A DNA stretch of 64,000 bases. It comes from a virus. Shown here piece by piece: positions 9,350 through 20,515 of this stretch (its first letter is position 1; every line of letters starts with the position of its first letter). The position numbers and the translations under genes are program-made. The stretch is taken from positions 52,681 to 116,680 of IMG/VR virus record IMGVR_UViG_3300042673_001035. One strand, given 5' to 3'. Below the pieces are notes generated by a model. The model worked only from the letters and a program-made list of their open reading frames with translations. It was not told the DNA's origin and did not search any database.

Positions 9350-9997
9350 TTATATTATTTCTTTGTTTTTAATTCTGTTATATTTTGCTTCTAATACTTG
9401 GGATAATTTTAATTGTCCTTGTTCACTAAAATGTTTATTATCTATTTCACCATTGGTTTCATTTTTGATTATTTCAAACTCATTTAAACAATCTGCTTCT
9501 AAAGTATTTTTAAATGCTGTCCAATGTATCACATAGTTATTCTTTAATGTATGGTTTATTAAATTTATCCAATTATTAACCTCACTGTCATATTTTTTAT
9601 TACTTCTATTTGCTAATAGTTTCTTTATACTATCCCTATCCATATATTCCGCATCCCTTAACATTCCATTATCATTGGGTAAATAGTTTATCCACTCTCC
9701 ATTCTTATCGGTTAATCTAAATCTAGCACTATTTGACCAACCAAATATAATTAAGTCATCTTTTTTAATTTCTTTTACAACTTTGCAAAAAGATTCAAAT
9801 ATAGAATAGTTATCCCAACCACCTACACCATAATTCATTAACTTCATACCCAATCGTTCCGATAATAGTTCACCATATACTTTTGGTACATATCCTTTCC
9901 AATTTATATAATGGTGTCTCCAATGAATTACTTTACAATCTTTATTTGGTAAAAAACTTTCAGTAAAACTATCACCAAATGTCCACAATTTTAACAT
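9350..9997 (-). CDS. SGNH/GDSL hydrolase-like protein
   Basis: FGDSFT, NYGVGG, C-terminal HFSEQG. Confidence 0.7.
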   Translation of the reverse strand: MLKLWTFGDSFTESFLPNKDCKVIHWRHHYINWKGYVPKVYGELLSERLGMKLMNYGVGGWDNYSIFESFCKVVKEIKKDDLIIFGWSNSARFRLTDKNGEWINYLPNDNGMLRDAEYMDRDSIKKLLANRSNKKYDSEVNNWINLINHTLKNNYVIHWTAFKNTLEADCLNEFEIIKNETNGEIDNKHFSEQGQLKLSQVLEAKYNRIKNKEII

Positions 9998-10064
9998 ATT
10001 ATTTTATTTATACTATCAAAAAAATTTTCACAATTCGAATGGTACTCAACCCTATCCTTTTTTA

Positions 10065-10412
10065 TTAAGATGGAAAATAGTTTATATTGTTATTCATTTG
10101 CGTTTGTGCTTTTGGTTTACATTTTACTATCAATGCTTCAAATATTAATGCGGTAAGTTCAAATGATTTTAATTTTCTACCTACAATCCATTCTCTGCCG
10201 TATTGTGTTATATCTGCACCATCCCTTAATACTATTTCATATTCTTTTGTCGTAGTTCCGTTTCTAAATATTTTTATTGTGTATGGCATAGAATTATATG
10301 CAACTTTAAAACTATATTCCGTTTCGGTTTCTCTTACTTCACCTATTCTAAAGTCTTTGTAGTCATGTGACCAACCTTCTAACTTTTTATAGTTATTTAT
10401 TGTCAAACTCAT
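10065..10412 (-). CDS. 'MLTIKN' paralogue family member
   Basis: MSLTINNYKKLEG...EVRE...YSFKV...IKIFR...YEI. Confidence 0.7.
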   Translation of the reverse strand: MSLTINNYKKLEGWSHDYKDFRIGEVRETETEYSFKVAYNSMPYTIKIFRNGTTTKEYEIVLRDGADITQYGREWIVGRKLKSFELTALIFEALIVKCKPKAQTQMNNNINYFPS

Positions 10413-10543
10413 ACACTAAATAGTTTTGTTCTTTGTGTGTTTCAACTCTTGTAGGTTTTTGTTTTAGTAAACTATCTACTGACAATTCAATTTCATTTTT
10501 AACAATCATTTCAATTGTCCTTTGCATGTATATTATTTTCACA

Positions 10544-11113
10544 CTATCCTTTTAAATCGTTTCTAATATCTTGTTTTACTTTTTCCAAATATACCATTCT
10601 TTCATTATGTGAAACAAAGGGTACACTCCAAAATTGACGGGTTTTTGTTTTAAACCAACCGAATACAAATGAATATACACCCATAACCAACCTCAATTTA
10701 ACTGAATTAAAATACATTGTTAATACAGGTAATGCAGGTGCTCCATGTGTCAAATAAGTTCTAACTTTTTTATCACTCAATAAAGGTGTCGGATATCCAT
10801 ACACTTTTGTAACGGGTGTAAACTTATATGCAAATCCTGGTGTAAATATTTGGTCAAAGAATGCCTCCATTGCCGGCGTACATCTAAACCACCAAACGGG
10901 AGATATAAAGTAAATTCTATCTGACCATGTTATCAACTCTTTATATTTTTTTATTTTATCCTTTCCAAAATCAAATGTTATATTTTCTTTGTATAAATCA
11001 ATAACACATGTTTCCTCTTTATTTTCTTTTAAAAAGCTTTCAATAGTTTTTTTAATACCATTGTAGCAGAAACTCTTTTTATCAGGGTGTCCTATTATAA
11101 TTAAGTTTTTCAT
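10544..11113 (-). CDS. flavodoxin-like NAD(P)H-dependent oxidoreductase
   Basis: IIGHPDKKSF, IDLY, SPVWW..P...FFD..FTPGFAY. Confidence 0.85.
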   Translation of the reverse strand: MKNLIIIGHPDKKSFCYNGIKKTIESFLKENKEETCVIDLYKENITFDFGKDKIKKYKELITWSDRIYFISPVWWFRCTPAMEAFFDQIFTPGFAYKFTPVTKVYGYPTPLLSDKKVRTYLTHGAPALPVLTMYFNSVKLRLVMGVYSFVFGWFKTKTRQFWSVPFVSHNERMVYLEKVKQDIRNDLKG

Positions 11114-11114
11114 T

Positions 11115-12002
11115 TTATATAAATTTTAATATTGCTAAATCTTTTTGTTTTGCTTCAACCATTATGTCCACGTCGTTATTATATGTTTCAGGTAATTTTT
11201 GAATGTAATCACTATGAGCTTGTGGTTTTACTTTTATATTGTTTTCGTGTAATGCTTTTGATTCGGAATAGTGTACTGCGGGTGTTATACCTTTGGGCCA
11301 TGTTGTAATTGCTAGGTCTAATGCATGTTGCTCAATCAAATCACCCGTACAAAATTGGTGGTGGTGATAATCAAATACAATAGGTATGTTAATCTTATTA
11401 TGAATATACATTAAGTCTTTAACCGAATACATACTTGCTTTGTCATCATTTTCAATTGTTAGTCTACTCTTTACTGAATTAGATAGTTTTTCAAAATTAG
11501 TACAAAACCTATCCATTGCTGCAATCTTGTCACCATACACTCCGTTACAATGTATATTAATTTTATTGTAAGGTGTTTTAGATAAGTTCATTGCGTCCAT
11601 TATTTTACCATGCACCTCCAAATCTTTAATCGTATTCAATACCACATTTTCTTTTGGGGATACTAATACATTGAAAGGTCCTGGGTGAAATGATAATCTT
11701 TGTTTATACATTGTTGCCTTTGCACCACATCTTTGTAGTATCTTTTGTATTTCGTTCCAATCTTTAAGGTCAGTAAATTCGTATTCGGTTGCCCACGGAA
11801 ACATATCACTACTCATGCGATACATTTTAATTCCCATTTCCTCATTCCAATCTATAATCTTTTCTAAGTCTGCAACATTCTGCAATACCAAATCCGATAC
11901 ATAGTCAACTCCCTTTGCTATGAAAGTTCGTTTGACCATTGTTCTATTCGTTGTAATCTTTTTACCTAATGAAAGGTTAATACATGCATATCCTATACTC
12001 AT
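11115..12002 (-). CDS. uvsE: UV damage endonuclease
   Basis: IGYACIN, YRMSSDMFP, RLSFHPGPF, LTIENDD, FDYHHH, HYSES, AHSD, MVEAKQKD; start placed at MSIGY just after a promoter. Confidence 0.92.
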   Translation of the reverse strand: MSIGYACINLSLGKKITTNRTMVKRTFIAKGVDYVSDLVLQNVADLEKIIDWNEEMGIKMYRMSSDMFPWATEYEFTDLKDWNEIQKILQRCGAKATMYKQRLSFHPGPFNVLVSPKENVVLNTIKDLEVHGKIMDAMNLSKTPYNKINIHCNGVYGDKIAAMDRFCTNFEKLSNSVKSRLTIENDDKASMYSVKDLMYIHNKINIPIVFDYHHHQFCTGDLIEQHALDLAITTWPKGITPAVHYSESKALHENNIKVKPQAHSDYIQKLPETYNNDVDIMVEAKQKDLAILKFI

Positions 12003-12005
12003 ATA

Positions 12006-12039
12006 GTAAATATACGACAAATTTTTCACTTTACCAAAT
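12006..12039 (-). promoter_or_regulatory. phage promoter copy; uvsE mRNA probably leaderless
   Basis: TTTGGTAAAG...TCGTATATTTAC ends a few bp before the ATG at 12002. Confidence 0.75.
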
Positions 12040-12308
12040 TAGATAGTCTGCATGCAAATGATAATCTTATCCGTAGTATCAAACTCATTCGTATTTAACC
12101 AAAGGGTTTTATTGTTATACTCCATTATATACATTCCGTTATCGGTTTGCTTTCTATGTAGTAATATTGTTTCTACTGCCGGTTTTATAGTAGCATCATA
12201 TCCTAATGTAAATTCGTAGTGGTCTTTATGTTCTTTAACTCCAATAATATTAAACACTTCGTTGTATTCTTGTCCGATTATGGTTTGTATATTTTTTATT
12301 TTTAGCAT
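12039..12308 (-). CDS. 'MLTIKN' paralogue family member
   Basis: Internal start MLKIKNIQTIIG...GVKE...YEFTL...LLHR...YIM. Confidence 0.7.
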   Translation of the reverse strand: MLKIKNIQTIIGQEYNEVFNIIGVKEHKDHYEFTLGYDATIKPAVETILLHRKQTDNGMYIMEYNNKTLWLNTNEFDTTDKIIICMQTI

Positions 12309-12568
12309 ATCAATCTTTTTATTTGTGCACAAAATAAATCCAAATTGTGTATGTCTGAAAATTTCAAATATAAACAATGATTACCATGTGATATTGTGTA
12401 TTTACCTCGTCTACTTTTCATACGATTAAGTTTTAAGTCTCTACATCCACCTTTACCATCTATTAAACTGATATGATAATTTGTATGTCCACATACCATT
12501 GACTTAACACGAAAGGAATATCCTATTGGGTATCTAACTATTTTATTTAAATTATTTATTGTTAACAT
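12302..12568 (-). CDS. 'MLTIKN' paralogue family member
   Basis: MLTINNLNKIV...YHISL...LKLNR...YTI...DIHN. Confidence 0.7.
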   Translation of the reverse strand: MLTINNLNKIVRYPIGYSFRVKSMVCGHTNYHISLIDGKGGCRDLKLNRMKSRRGKYTISHGNHCLYLKFSDIHNLDLFCAQIKRLIC

Positions 12569-12571
12569 ATC

Positions 12572-12871
12572 TTACCATTTACTTAATGGACATTTACTTT
12601 CAGGACTTAAAGTCTTTGCTGATATATTACATCCACATCCTTTTGTTTCTTGTTTTGTTATTTCGTTTATTCCTATATTTTTAGGACTACATGTATTATT
12701 TATCCTCATATAACATGAATTACATAATATCAATCTATTCTCTGCCATTTGTTTTATATTCGGGTCCAATGTTCCAATTCTGTCTTTTACTACATTTGCC
12801 CATCCATTTATTATTTCATTTAACTTTGACATATTATGTATTTTTACATTAATTATATAATTGTGTTGCAA
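12572..12871 (-). CDS. small Cys-rich zinc-binding phage protein
   Basis: CNSC...C...GCGC...AK...CPLSKW. Confidence 0.65.
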   Translation of the reverse strand: MQHNYIINVKIHNMSKLNEIINGWANVVKDRIGTLDPNIKQMAENRLILCNSCYMRINNTCSPKNIGINEITKQETKGCGCNISAKTLSPESKCPLSKW

Positions 12872-13226
12872 TTGAATAACTAACTGGTGCCGATGTTAAT
12901 TGTATTTTCAATATTTCATCCACCATATCTTCAAATGTTTGTCTAAAATTTGAAATAGACTTCATCATTTGTTTATTCATTTTACGACTTGTACTAAATC
13001 TATTATCATCCCACATTGATATAAAAAATATACCATCTGCATCATCAGCAATATTAAATTTGTGTTGAGGTGTCAATACTGATAATTCCCATTTTGGTTT
13101 TTGTGGTAAGTTTAAGTTTAATATTGTTGCCTCATACTTTGTTTCATGTGCATTGTGTATTGGGTTAACTATACAATAACCTTTATATGTAATCCCACTT
13201 AATTTTTCCCAACCTTTTATTTTCAT
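12849..13226 (-). CDS. divergent 'MLTIKN'-like protein
   Basis: MKIKGWEKLSG start with similar strand/helix pattern. Confidence 0.5.
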   Translation of the reverse strand: MKIKGWEKLSGITYKGYCIVNPIHNAHETKYEATILNLNLPQKPKWELSVLTPQHKFNIADDADGIFFISMWDDNRFSTSRKMNKQMMKSISNFRQTFEDMVDEILKIQLTSAPVSYSIATQLYN

Positions 13227-13227
13227 A

Positions 13228-13668
13228 TTAATATTTTTTGACTGCTTCAATCATTCTATTTATCAATTCATCCCTATCTTGTATTACATCAATTGGTAAA
13301 TTACTAAATTCCATACTTTTACCGGCATTCCAAATATTAAATTGTACTTTGTTATCTATTATCTTAGTATGTATTTCAAATACTACATTGATTGTATGTG
13401 AACCATTTTTAATTCCACAAAATTTGTAAAAAGTATATGGTTTATTATCTGATGCGTTGATTGCCGTTTCATGTCCAACATAATTTATTTGAACCTTTGT
13501 GCCATCTAAACATAAATTCGTTGTATTAATCTTTTCGGGATTACTTATTTTTAGTTTTGTTTTCATTTTAATATTACTTAATGCACATGATAAATGGTCA
13601 TACCCATCTAAATAATCGTAATCAATATCGGATGTATCTTTACCACAATATCTACAAATCCAATTCAT
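13228..13668 (-). CDS. N-terminal Zn-finger-like segment fused to an 'MLTIKN'-like domain
   Basis: CRYC...HLSC followed by LKISNPEKI...YKF. Confidence 0.5.
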   Translation of the reverse strand: MNWICRYCGKDTSDIDYDYLDGYDHLSCALSNIKMKTKLKISNPEKINTTNLCLDGTKVQINYVGHETAINASDNKPYTFYKFCGIKNGSHTINVVFEIHTKIIDNKVQFNIWNAGKSMEFSNLPIDVIQDRDELINRMIEAVKKY

Positions 13669-14508
13669 TATTTTTTTCCACTCTTTTCTCTTATCCACTT
13701 ATACATAAAATCGATATCTGCTTTTTCAATTTCTTTTTGGGATTCTAATTCATGCCCAACACAGGGTTCTATTTTTGCATGTTCTCTTTGATAATCGGTT
13801 TGTGTTTTTGGTTTACTACCTATTGTACCATACTTTGTAAGTCTTTTTTGTTCTTGTTTTGCACCCACTAACCAACCTATCAAAAATGATGCAATTAATA
13901 ATACTACCATAACTTATTTTTTAGATTTTAATTCTATTATTTGTTTTTCTACTTTTGCAAACCTTTCTTTCAATCTTTCTAATCTTATACTACGACCCCA
14001 CTTACCTAACCAATTCACTCCCTGAAATTTCTCCCAATAAATGATTTGTTCTTGCAATTCTTTTTTTCTTTTATAGAGTGCCATAACTTTTTCCGATTTC
14101 ATTCTTTACTTCTTTTGTAATGTGAAATAGTAATTCCACTTCAACCAACTAATTGCTATTCCAAATGCCGGTGTAAATGTATTCGGCCCTGCATAATATT
14201 TTTTACTATACCACAATTTTACTATTGGTAAAACCACTACAATATCTTTATTCTTTTGTAGTTTGTTGTTGTCAATAACCCATTCTAATTTTCTCATTTT
14301 ATTTTGTATTTTGTTTTGTATTTTCTATTGTTTCATTTTGACTTACTACTTTTGCCTTATACATTTGTCTGATTATTTGACCTAATTGTTGGTCGGTAGT
14401 ATTTTCGTCTAATATAATTTCTTTACGGATAGTCAAATATTGTTTTGCTTCCTCTGCCCATTGTATTATTTGTTTTGCGTATTGTTCTTTCATAACTTTA
14501 TTTATAAT

Positions 14509-14541
14509 GTAATATACGAAATTTATTCCATTCTGCCAAAT
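14509..14541 (-). promoter_or_regulatory. phage promoter copy
   Basis: TTTGGCAG...TCGTATATTAC. Confidence 0.75.
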
Positions 14542-14577
14542 AAAAATGGGATACCTCAATTAAGAGACATCCCATTT
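14542..14577 (-). terminator. intrinsic terminator
   Basis: AAATGGGATG...TATCCCATTT hairpin followed by T-rich tract. Confidence 0.55.
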
Positions 14578-15128
14578 CGCATGGCATGCAAGATTTTTTA
14601 TGTATGTTTCCTATAAGATTTTGCTTTTAATTGCTCACTTCTAGTTTTATTTCCCATCTTTTTTCTATTCAGGGATTTTGTTTCTTTCTTAGTCATTTAT
14701 TTATGCTGGTTCGTTAAATTGAGAAACAGGCATAAATATATATTTAGCTGTATCTGCACATTCTGCAGTTTCCTCAAGTTGTTCATTATCATTGTTTGCA
14801 AACCACTCTTCAACTTGAGCCATAGTCATTGATTCACATCCAGATACAACTGGTCCACCACATGCTTCTCTGATACAAAATAATTCTTCCATTTTTTTTA
14901 ATTTTTAATTGTTCGTATATAAATATCAAATAATTTCCAATTCATCAATTTTATTTACAAATAAATATTCCATTGTTTGATTAAACTTCAATATCTTTTC
15001 AACTCCATAATACTTTTTTAATGCCTCTGCATATTCACCCGTCACTTCTCTACTAAATCTTTGTATTGGTAATTTTTTTACTATTTCATATAAGTCCTCA
15101 CCAACTTTAGCTGTTTCTATTTTTCTCA

Positions 15129-15470
15129 TCATTTCCAAAATATTTGAACTAATAAAATACTTGCTGCCAATAATAAACAAACCAATGTTTTAAGTGTTAA
15201 TGGTTCTTTAAATAATATCATACTCAAAAGTACAAATACAATCATACCAATACCAAATCCAATAAGACGAGAGGGCCATAATTGACCATCACCCCACGCA
15301 ACTAAATGTTCTACTGATTTAATGTAAAACCATGCCGCGGGTATCGAACTCAATAATATTATAATTGGATATTTTTGATACCAACCATACTTTATACTTC
15401 CCTGTAATTGCATAAAGGAAAAAACCTGCCCAAAGATACCAAAAAAGATACCCAATAATAACCTATTCAT
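15129..15470 (-). CDS. small multi-pass membrane protein (DMT/SMR-like)
   Basis: Four hydrophobic segments; FKEPLTLK motif. Confidence 0.6.
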   Translation of the reverse strand: MNRLLLGIFFGIFGQVFSFMQLQGSIKYGWYQKYPIIILLSSIPAAWFYIKSVEHLVAWGDGQLWPSRLIGFGIGMIVFVLLSMILFKEPLTLKTLVCLLLAASILLVQIFWK

Positions 15471-15481
15471 TTTCTTTTGTT

Positions 15482-16462
15482 TTAAAAATATTCTTTCATT
15501 AAATGATTAACAATTAAATCCTGATATATTTGTGTTGTGGGGTGTTGACCAAATAAATTTTGGTCATTATTTCTATTATCATATGCGGATATGCCATATT
15601 TGTCAATTGCAAATTCATCTATCCCACCCCAAATAATATTTTTTTCTTCATTTTTATAAAACCACCAATTACTCCAATCAATCATATTATATAATATTTT
15701 TATCATAGAGTTTATGTCCCAAATTTGTTTTGAATTTATGTAATCTTGAAATAAACAATGTTTCCCATCAATAACTTTGGTTTCTTTATTGGTCTGTAAA
15801 CCATTTTCGGAAAACATTGAAAATTGATTATTTATCAAACAAAACTTATATTTGATTCCTTTGGATTTTAAATATTGTTCCGTTGTTAAAATGTTTTGAA
15901 AATATTGGATTGCTCTATCCACAAATTCAATATTTCTTCTATCCATTGATTTTATATCTAAACCATTAACATAACTATCTAATATTGATTGGACTATTTG
16001 GTTTGGAAAGTTTGGTATATTTTCTTTTTCAGGATTTATTACATAATAATTTCTGAATTTAGGATAATCTCCAGGGAATATTTTTTTAACTACTATTTTT
16101 TCCAAAACAGTTTTTGAAAAATCGGTGTGCTTTACGATAACTCTGTCTGGATAATTTATCGGTTCTACTTTAAATGATTCGTCTATTTGATTAACTAAAA
16201 ATTCGTTTTGAATTACAATATCTTTTCTATGTATTTCTGAAAATTCAGCTAGAACAAATATATCATCTATATCTACTCCAATTGAAATTAATTTATCAAT
16301 AGTATCTACGATGGATATCATTTGAAAATTAGAGCCCATAGACATTGAATGCAAGTCTATAACCAATTCCAAATTTTGGATATCTTTTGTAAAATTTTGG
16401 TTAAAAACATCTGCAAATTTGCCATAACTACATCCGGTTGTAACCAGAATTTTTGGAACCAT
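15482..16462 (-). CDS. SGNH-like protein
   Basis: VTTGCSYG near the N terminus, HPT near the C terminus. Confidence 0.55.
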   Translation of the reverse strand: MVPKILVTTGCSYGKFADVFNQNFTKDIQNLELVIDLHSMSMGSNFQMISIVDTIDKLISIGVDIDDIFVLAEFSEIHRKDIVIQNEFLVNQIDESFKVEPINYPDRVIVKHTDFSKTVLEKIVVKKIFPGDYPKFRNYYVINPEKENIPNFPNQIVQSILDSYVNGLDIKSMDRRNIEFVDRAIQYFQNILTTEQYLKSKGIKYKFCLINNQFSMFSENGLQTNKETKVIDGKHCLFQDYINSKQIWDINSMIKILYNMIDWSNWWFYKNEEKNIIWGGIDEFAIDKYGISAYDNRNNDQNLFGQHPTTQIYQDLIVNHLMKEYF

Positions 16463-16597
16463 ATTTGTTTTTTTATTTAGTAATCATCATCTTCAAATGA
16501 TAATGCGTTTGCTTGTGCATCATCTTCATAGATTTCATCTTCAATCAATTCTAATTTTTCGTAGACATCATCAATTAACGGGTGAGAAATTCCTTCT

Positions 16598-16966
16598 CTA
16601 TCCATTGATTTTAGATTTTCTTTGATTTGATTTACCAGTTTTAATATTTCCTGCTTCATTTTCTAAGTTTTGAATAAGTATATCCAAATCACGAATTTCA
16701 GCACATTTTTCATATTCTTCTATTTCCATAAAATATTCCATTGCTTTTTCCAAAGTCAATTTGAGATTTTCTTTCTTTAGAATGAATACCAAGTTGTCAT
16801 AATGATTAGAAACCATTATAGCTTGTACATTATCCAAATCTTCAGTTAGTAATTTTTTAGAATACCTAACTAATTCTGAAAAAATGATATAACGATTTTC
16901 CTCTAACCAACCATTAACCGATTGATTTTCTAAGTCTATATGTAATATAATTGGAATATCTTTCAT
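16598..16966 (-). CDS. protein with C-terminal UVR (UvrB/C) motif
   Basis: AMEYFMEIEEYEKCAEIRD. Confidence 0.6.
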   Translation of the reverse strand: MKDIPIILHIDLENQSVNGWLEENRYIIFSELVRYSKKLLTEDLDNVQAIMVSNHYDNLVFILKKENLKLTLEKAMEYFMEIEEYEKCAEIRDLDILIQNLENEAGNIKTGKSNQRKSKING

Positions 16967-17458
16967 CTACAATAAATATTCCAAACCTTTAATATTCGGC
17001 CGTTTTAATTGTATGTCAGTTTCCGACTTTGTAGTTCCAATTTTACATTGTTTCTTATACCAATTATATAAATCCTCCAATGTACCTTTACCTCTACTTC
17101 GTTCCATTGCTTTATCCCACAAATCTTTACCAAATTCCTTAGTAAGTTCACTTCGTAGTTTATACAATATCATATTCTCATCTCTATTTGCTTCAAATTC
17201 TAACTTCAAAGCTTTAACTCTTTTCATTTGAGATGCTTCCAATGCAGCCTGTATTCTATTTTGTTCGTCCGTTCCACCATAGTTTTTGTAAGCCTGTTCA
17301 TATACTTTTTGTGATGTTGCTCTCATTTCTTTTGCTTCACCAAACATATATGAATAATCAAAATCACCATTACGAATTTTCAATAGTAAAGGTGCATCTG
17401 CTTTTAGTGGATTATGTGTTTTACCCTTTGTCCACCAACGAAATTTATTGTATGCCAT
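16967..17458 (-). CDS. hypothetical protein
   Basis: 163-aa ORF. Confidence 0.6.
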   Translation of the reverse strand: MAYNKFRWWTKGKTHNPLKADAPLLLKIRNGDFDYSYMFGEAKEMRATSQKVYEQAYKNYGGTDEQNRIQAALEASQMKRVKALKLEFEANRDENMILYKLRSELTKEFGKDLWDKAMERSRGKGTLEDLYNWYKKQCKIGTTKSETDIQLKRPNIKGLEYLL

Positions 17459-17460
17459 AA

Positions 17461-18873
17461 TTAAAATGTTTTGAATATAGATAAATGTAAACTCCTTTCA
17501 AGTATTAAGAAAATATTTACTCCATTTTTTTCATCCGTAAACGCTTTATAGGTATAATGTTTAATTTTACTATCATGTACATTTCCTATCCAACCTGTGT
17601 GGTATAATTTCAATTCATATCTACCATTTATCAATTTATAATAATATGTATCGTTTCCTTTTTTGTGGCCAACACCACTTGCAGGGAATATTTCCATTAT
17701 TCCGTCATTGTCCATATCTGCAAATGTATAAAAAATAAATCCAGTTTGCCAACTGCCAATCCAATCGAATTGTTCATATGTAAGTGGTTTTGTTAATTCA
17801 CTATCCATATATTTATTACTCACATCATTACCATTCTCATCTACAATCATTAAATATGGTGTTGCAGGTATCGTATTGTCTGAATTTTCAGATATCCACA
17901 TTGGTATTATGTATTCCATTTTTCCATCATTGTCCAAATCTTCTATATGAATTTTTTGTGGAGGGCCTGAATTAAGATACCTTGGTTTAAATTTTATTTT
18001 TGGTATTAGTTTATTGTTTTCAACTTTTAAAATAAAATAACTTTCACCAAAAATGTTTTCCGATATGAAAATCATACCTATATTTTTATCTGCATATTTT
18101 GGAGTTATAACATTTAAATTATAGTTTATATTTTTGAAATTGTTATCTAAATATAGATTATTTCTAACAAAGGAATTACCGTTAAATTCAAAATAACATA
18201 GACAAGATTGTGAATATATTTCACTCATGCCATTTTTATTATTATCAAAAATTATTGATTCGGTTGAAGCACCATCATTTTGTATTGGTAAAATATATTT
18301 TGTAAAATTTTTATTTTTATTATTCATAAATACAAAACTATTCATTCCACCTCTACCATTATTATTATAATAAGGTGGTTTTAAAAAGCTCTCGCCTTTC
18401 CAATATCCGGTCATTTGATATATGTCTAAATACCCATCGTTGTTTATATCTGCAACCGATATATCACTATATCCACCCAAATATGAATACACCAAATTAG
18501 TATCTAATTCAAAATAAGTTTTATGGTTTATAAATACACCAACCACAACTCTACTAGAGTCATGTCTTTGAAATTGATATTTAGATTCCGTATTCGTTGC
18601 AAACATAACAACTAAATCTTTTTTACCATCACCATTGAAATCACCTTCACCCTTTCCATTATGTGTTTCAATCCAATATCCTGTAAATTGTTTTTTAAAC
18701 CAATTACTATCAATAACAAATCCAACTTTTGAGGGAGTTGGATTGGTTGTAGGTAGTATCGGTTTATTAATTAAATCAAAGTTTTCTTTTGTTTTCAATC
18801 TCCAAGTATCTGGAGCCACTTTCTCACATCCAAACAATATTATCACCACTATCAGTATCAATAACCTTTTCAT
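17461..18873 (-). CDS. FG-GAP/VCBS-repeat lipoprotein
   Basis: Signal peptide plus LFGC; repeated GDFNGDGKKDL, ADINNDGYLDI, EDLDNDGKMEY, ADMDNDGIMEI. Confidence 0.8.
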   Translation of the reverse strand: MKRLLILIVVIILFGCEKVAPDTWRLKTKENFDLINKPILPTTNPTPSKVGFVIDSNWFKKQFTGYWIETHNGKGEGDFNGDGKKDLVVMFATNTESKYQFQRHDSSRVVVGVFINHKTYFELDTNLVYSYLGGYSDISVADINNDGYLDIYQMTGYWKGESFLKPPYYNNNGRGGMNSFVFMNNKNKNFTKYILPIQNDGASTESIIFDNNKNGMSEIYSQSCLCYFEFNGNSFVRNNLYLDNNFKNINYNLNVITPKYADKNIGMIFISENIFGESYFILKVENNKLIPKIKFKPRYLNSGPPQKIHIEDLDNDGKMEYIIPMWISENSDNTIPATPYLMIVDENGNDVSNKYMDSELTKPLTYEQFDWIGSWQTGFIFYTFADMDNDGIMEIFPASGVGHKKGNDTYYYKLINGRYELKLYHTGWIGNVHDSKIKHYTYKAFTDEKNGVNIFLILERSLHLSIFKTF

Positions 18874-19029
18874 ATTCTTTTATTTTACTTTCTAAGAAAT
18901 TAATTGCATCAGAATCACCCGACCAACTATCGTAGTTTCTAAATCGTTTATATAACATTTCCAAACCAAATTCATTATAGTATTTAGTCAATTCAGTTAA
19001 GTTCGGTATATAACAATTATCAAATCCCA

Positions 19030-19626
19030 CTATTTTTTATCTTTTTTCTTTTTAGATTTCATTTTTTTCACTTCACTTTTATATCTTTCATTTGCAGCTT
19101 TTAAGTTTTCATTTGTTTCCCACTCATCACCTTCAAATAAATTGTCATCTTCTGGTATATCACCCCATTCAAAACCAACTCTATCTTCTGGAATTCTCAT
19201 ACCATAGTCATCAAATTCAGCTTCATCTTCATCGGTTGCTCTATAATGTAATCCTTCATTTCCGTTTTGTCCTATGATATCCATTCTCTTTTCATCAATA
19301 TCCAATCCTCCAAAGAAATCATTTTCTAATTCGTCTAGACTTTCATATCCCTCACTATCTTTTAAATAACGATGTCTCAAACCATTATAATCATCTTCAA
19401 ACTTCCATGCTTCTAACTTTTCTTTTAAGTCCTCTGCATCGGTTTCATTATATTCATTTGCTCTATCTATTACCCAATTCTTAAATGAATTTTCGTGATA
19501 TCCCATACCAATAATTAAAGTTTGGAATGCATCCATAACTTCATCTAAACTCAAATCACTATGGTCTATCTTTACTTTGATTTTTGTTCCGTAGGTTTCT
19601 GCTATAAACTTTGATGGTTTATTCAT
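19030..19626 (-). CDS. acidic hypothetical protein
   Basis: 198-aa ORF. Confidence 0.6.
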   Translation of the reverse strand: MNKPSKFIAETYGTKIKVKIDHSDLSLDEVMDAFQTLIIGMGYHENSFKNWVIDRANEYNETDAEDLKEKLEAWKFEDDYNGLRHRYLKDSEGYESLDELENDFFGGLDIDEKRMDIIGQNGNEGLHYRATDEDEAEFDDYGMRIPEDRVGFEWGDIPEDDNLFEGDEWETNENLKAANERYKSEVKKMKSKKKKDKK

Positions 19627-20515
19627 TGTTTTTTCTTTTTATTTTGTTTATTAAAATATCCTTACCCATTTTATCATGTTGGTCTGCAATTTCTTTTACT
19701 TTATTGTAGTCCAATTTCTGAAACATATCATCCGTTCCTTTGTCATTTTTAGATATCGCTTGGCCAATGTGAGCAAATCGTTTTGTTTGATAACTACTTA
19801 ATGGTGCAATATGTTGTTTTAAGTGTAATGCTTTTGCATCCAAATATTCAAACAATTCATCATCACTCATTCGTTTTAATTCTTCATCAGTCTTGCTGAA
19901 AGTCATCATCATCTTTTTCCCATTCATAATCTTTATTTGCTGAATACACTATTTCACCATCTTCATTTATACTCATATTAAGTGCACCCTTATCTACTAA
20001 ATCTTCAATCGTTTTACCAATTTCATTATTAGAAACACTTTGACAAACATCTAAAAATTCGTCATCAGTTAAAAACATATCATCTTCTTGTTCCCACTTT
20101 TGTTGCATTCTAATTTGTAATGCTCTCTTTAGAGGTATTTGTTCTAAAAAAGGATTTTCTAAAAAGAAATCACTCTCTTCTAAAGCATCTATCATATGAT
20201 TTGATGCTTCAATTATTTCATTAAGAATGTCCATCTTGTTTTATTTGTTTAAAGTTTTCTGCCTCCTCGTCGGGTGTTGGTAAATAACTTGATTTATAAT
20301 ATTCATCATCATATTCCATATCATCTGGAAATATAGAATGACTTTGTGCATTTTTCCATTGCCAATATTCCTCATTCATTTGTTCTTGAGCAATGTATTG
20401 TTCATATAAAAAATCTTCATCACCACCAATAGAACCTGTCAATTGTTGTTTCATAAATTCTTCGTTTGTCTTACTCATAATTATTTTCTTTTAGTAAATA
20501 TACACCAATTATTTG

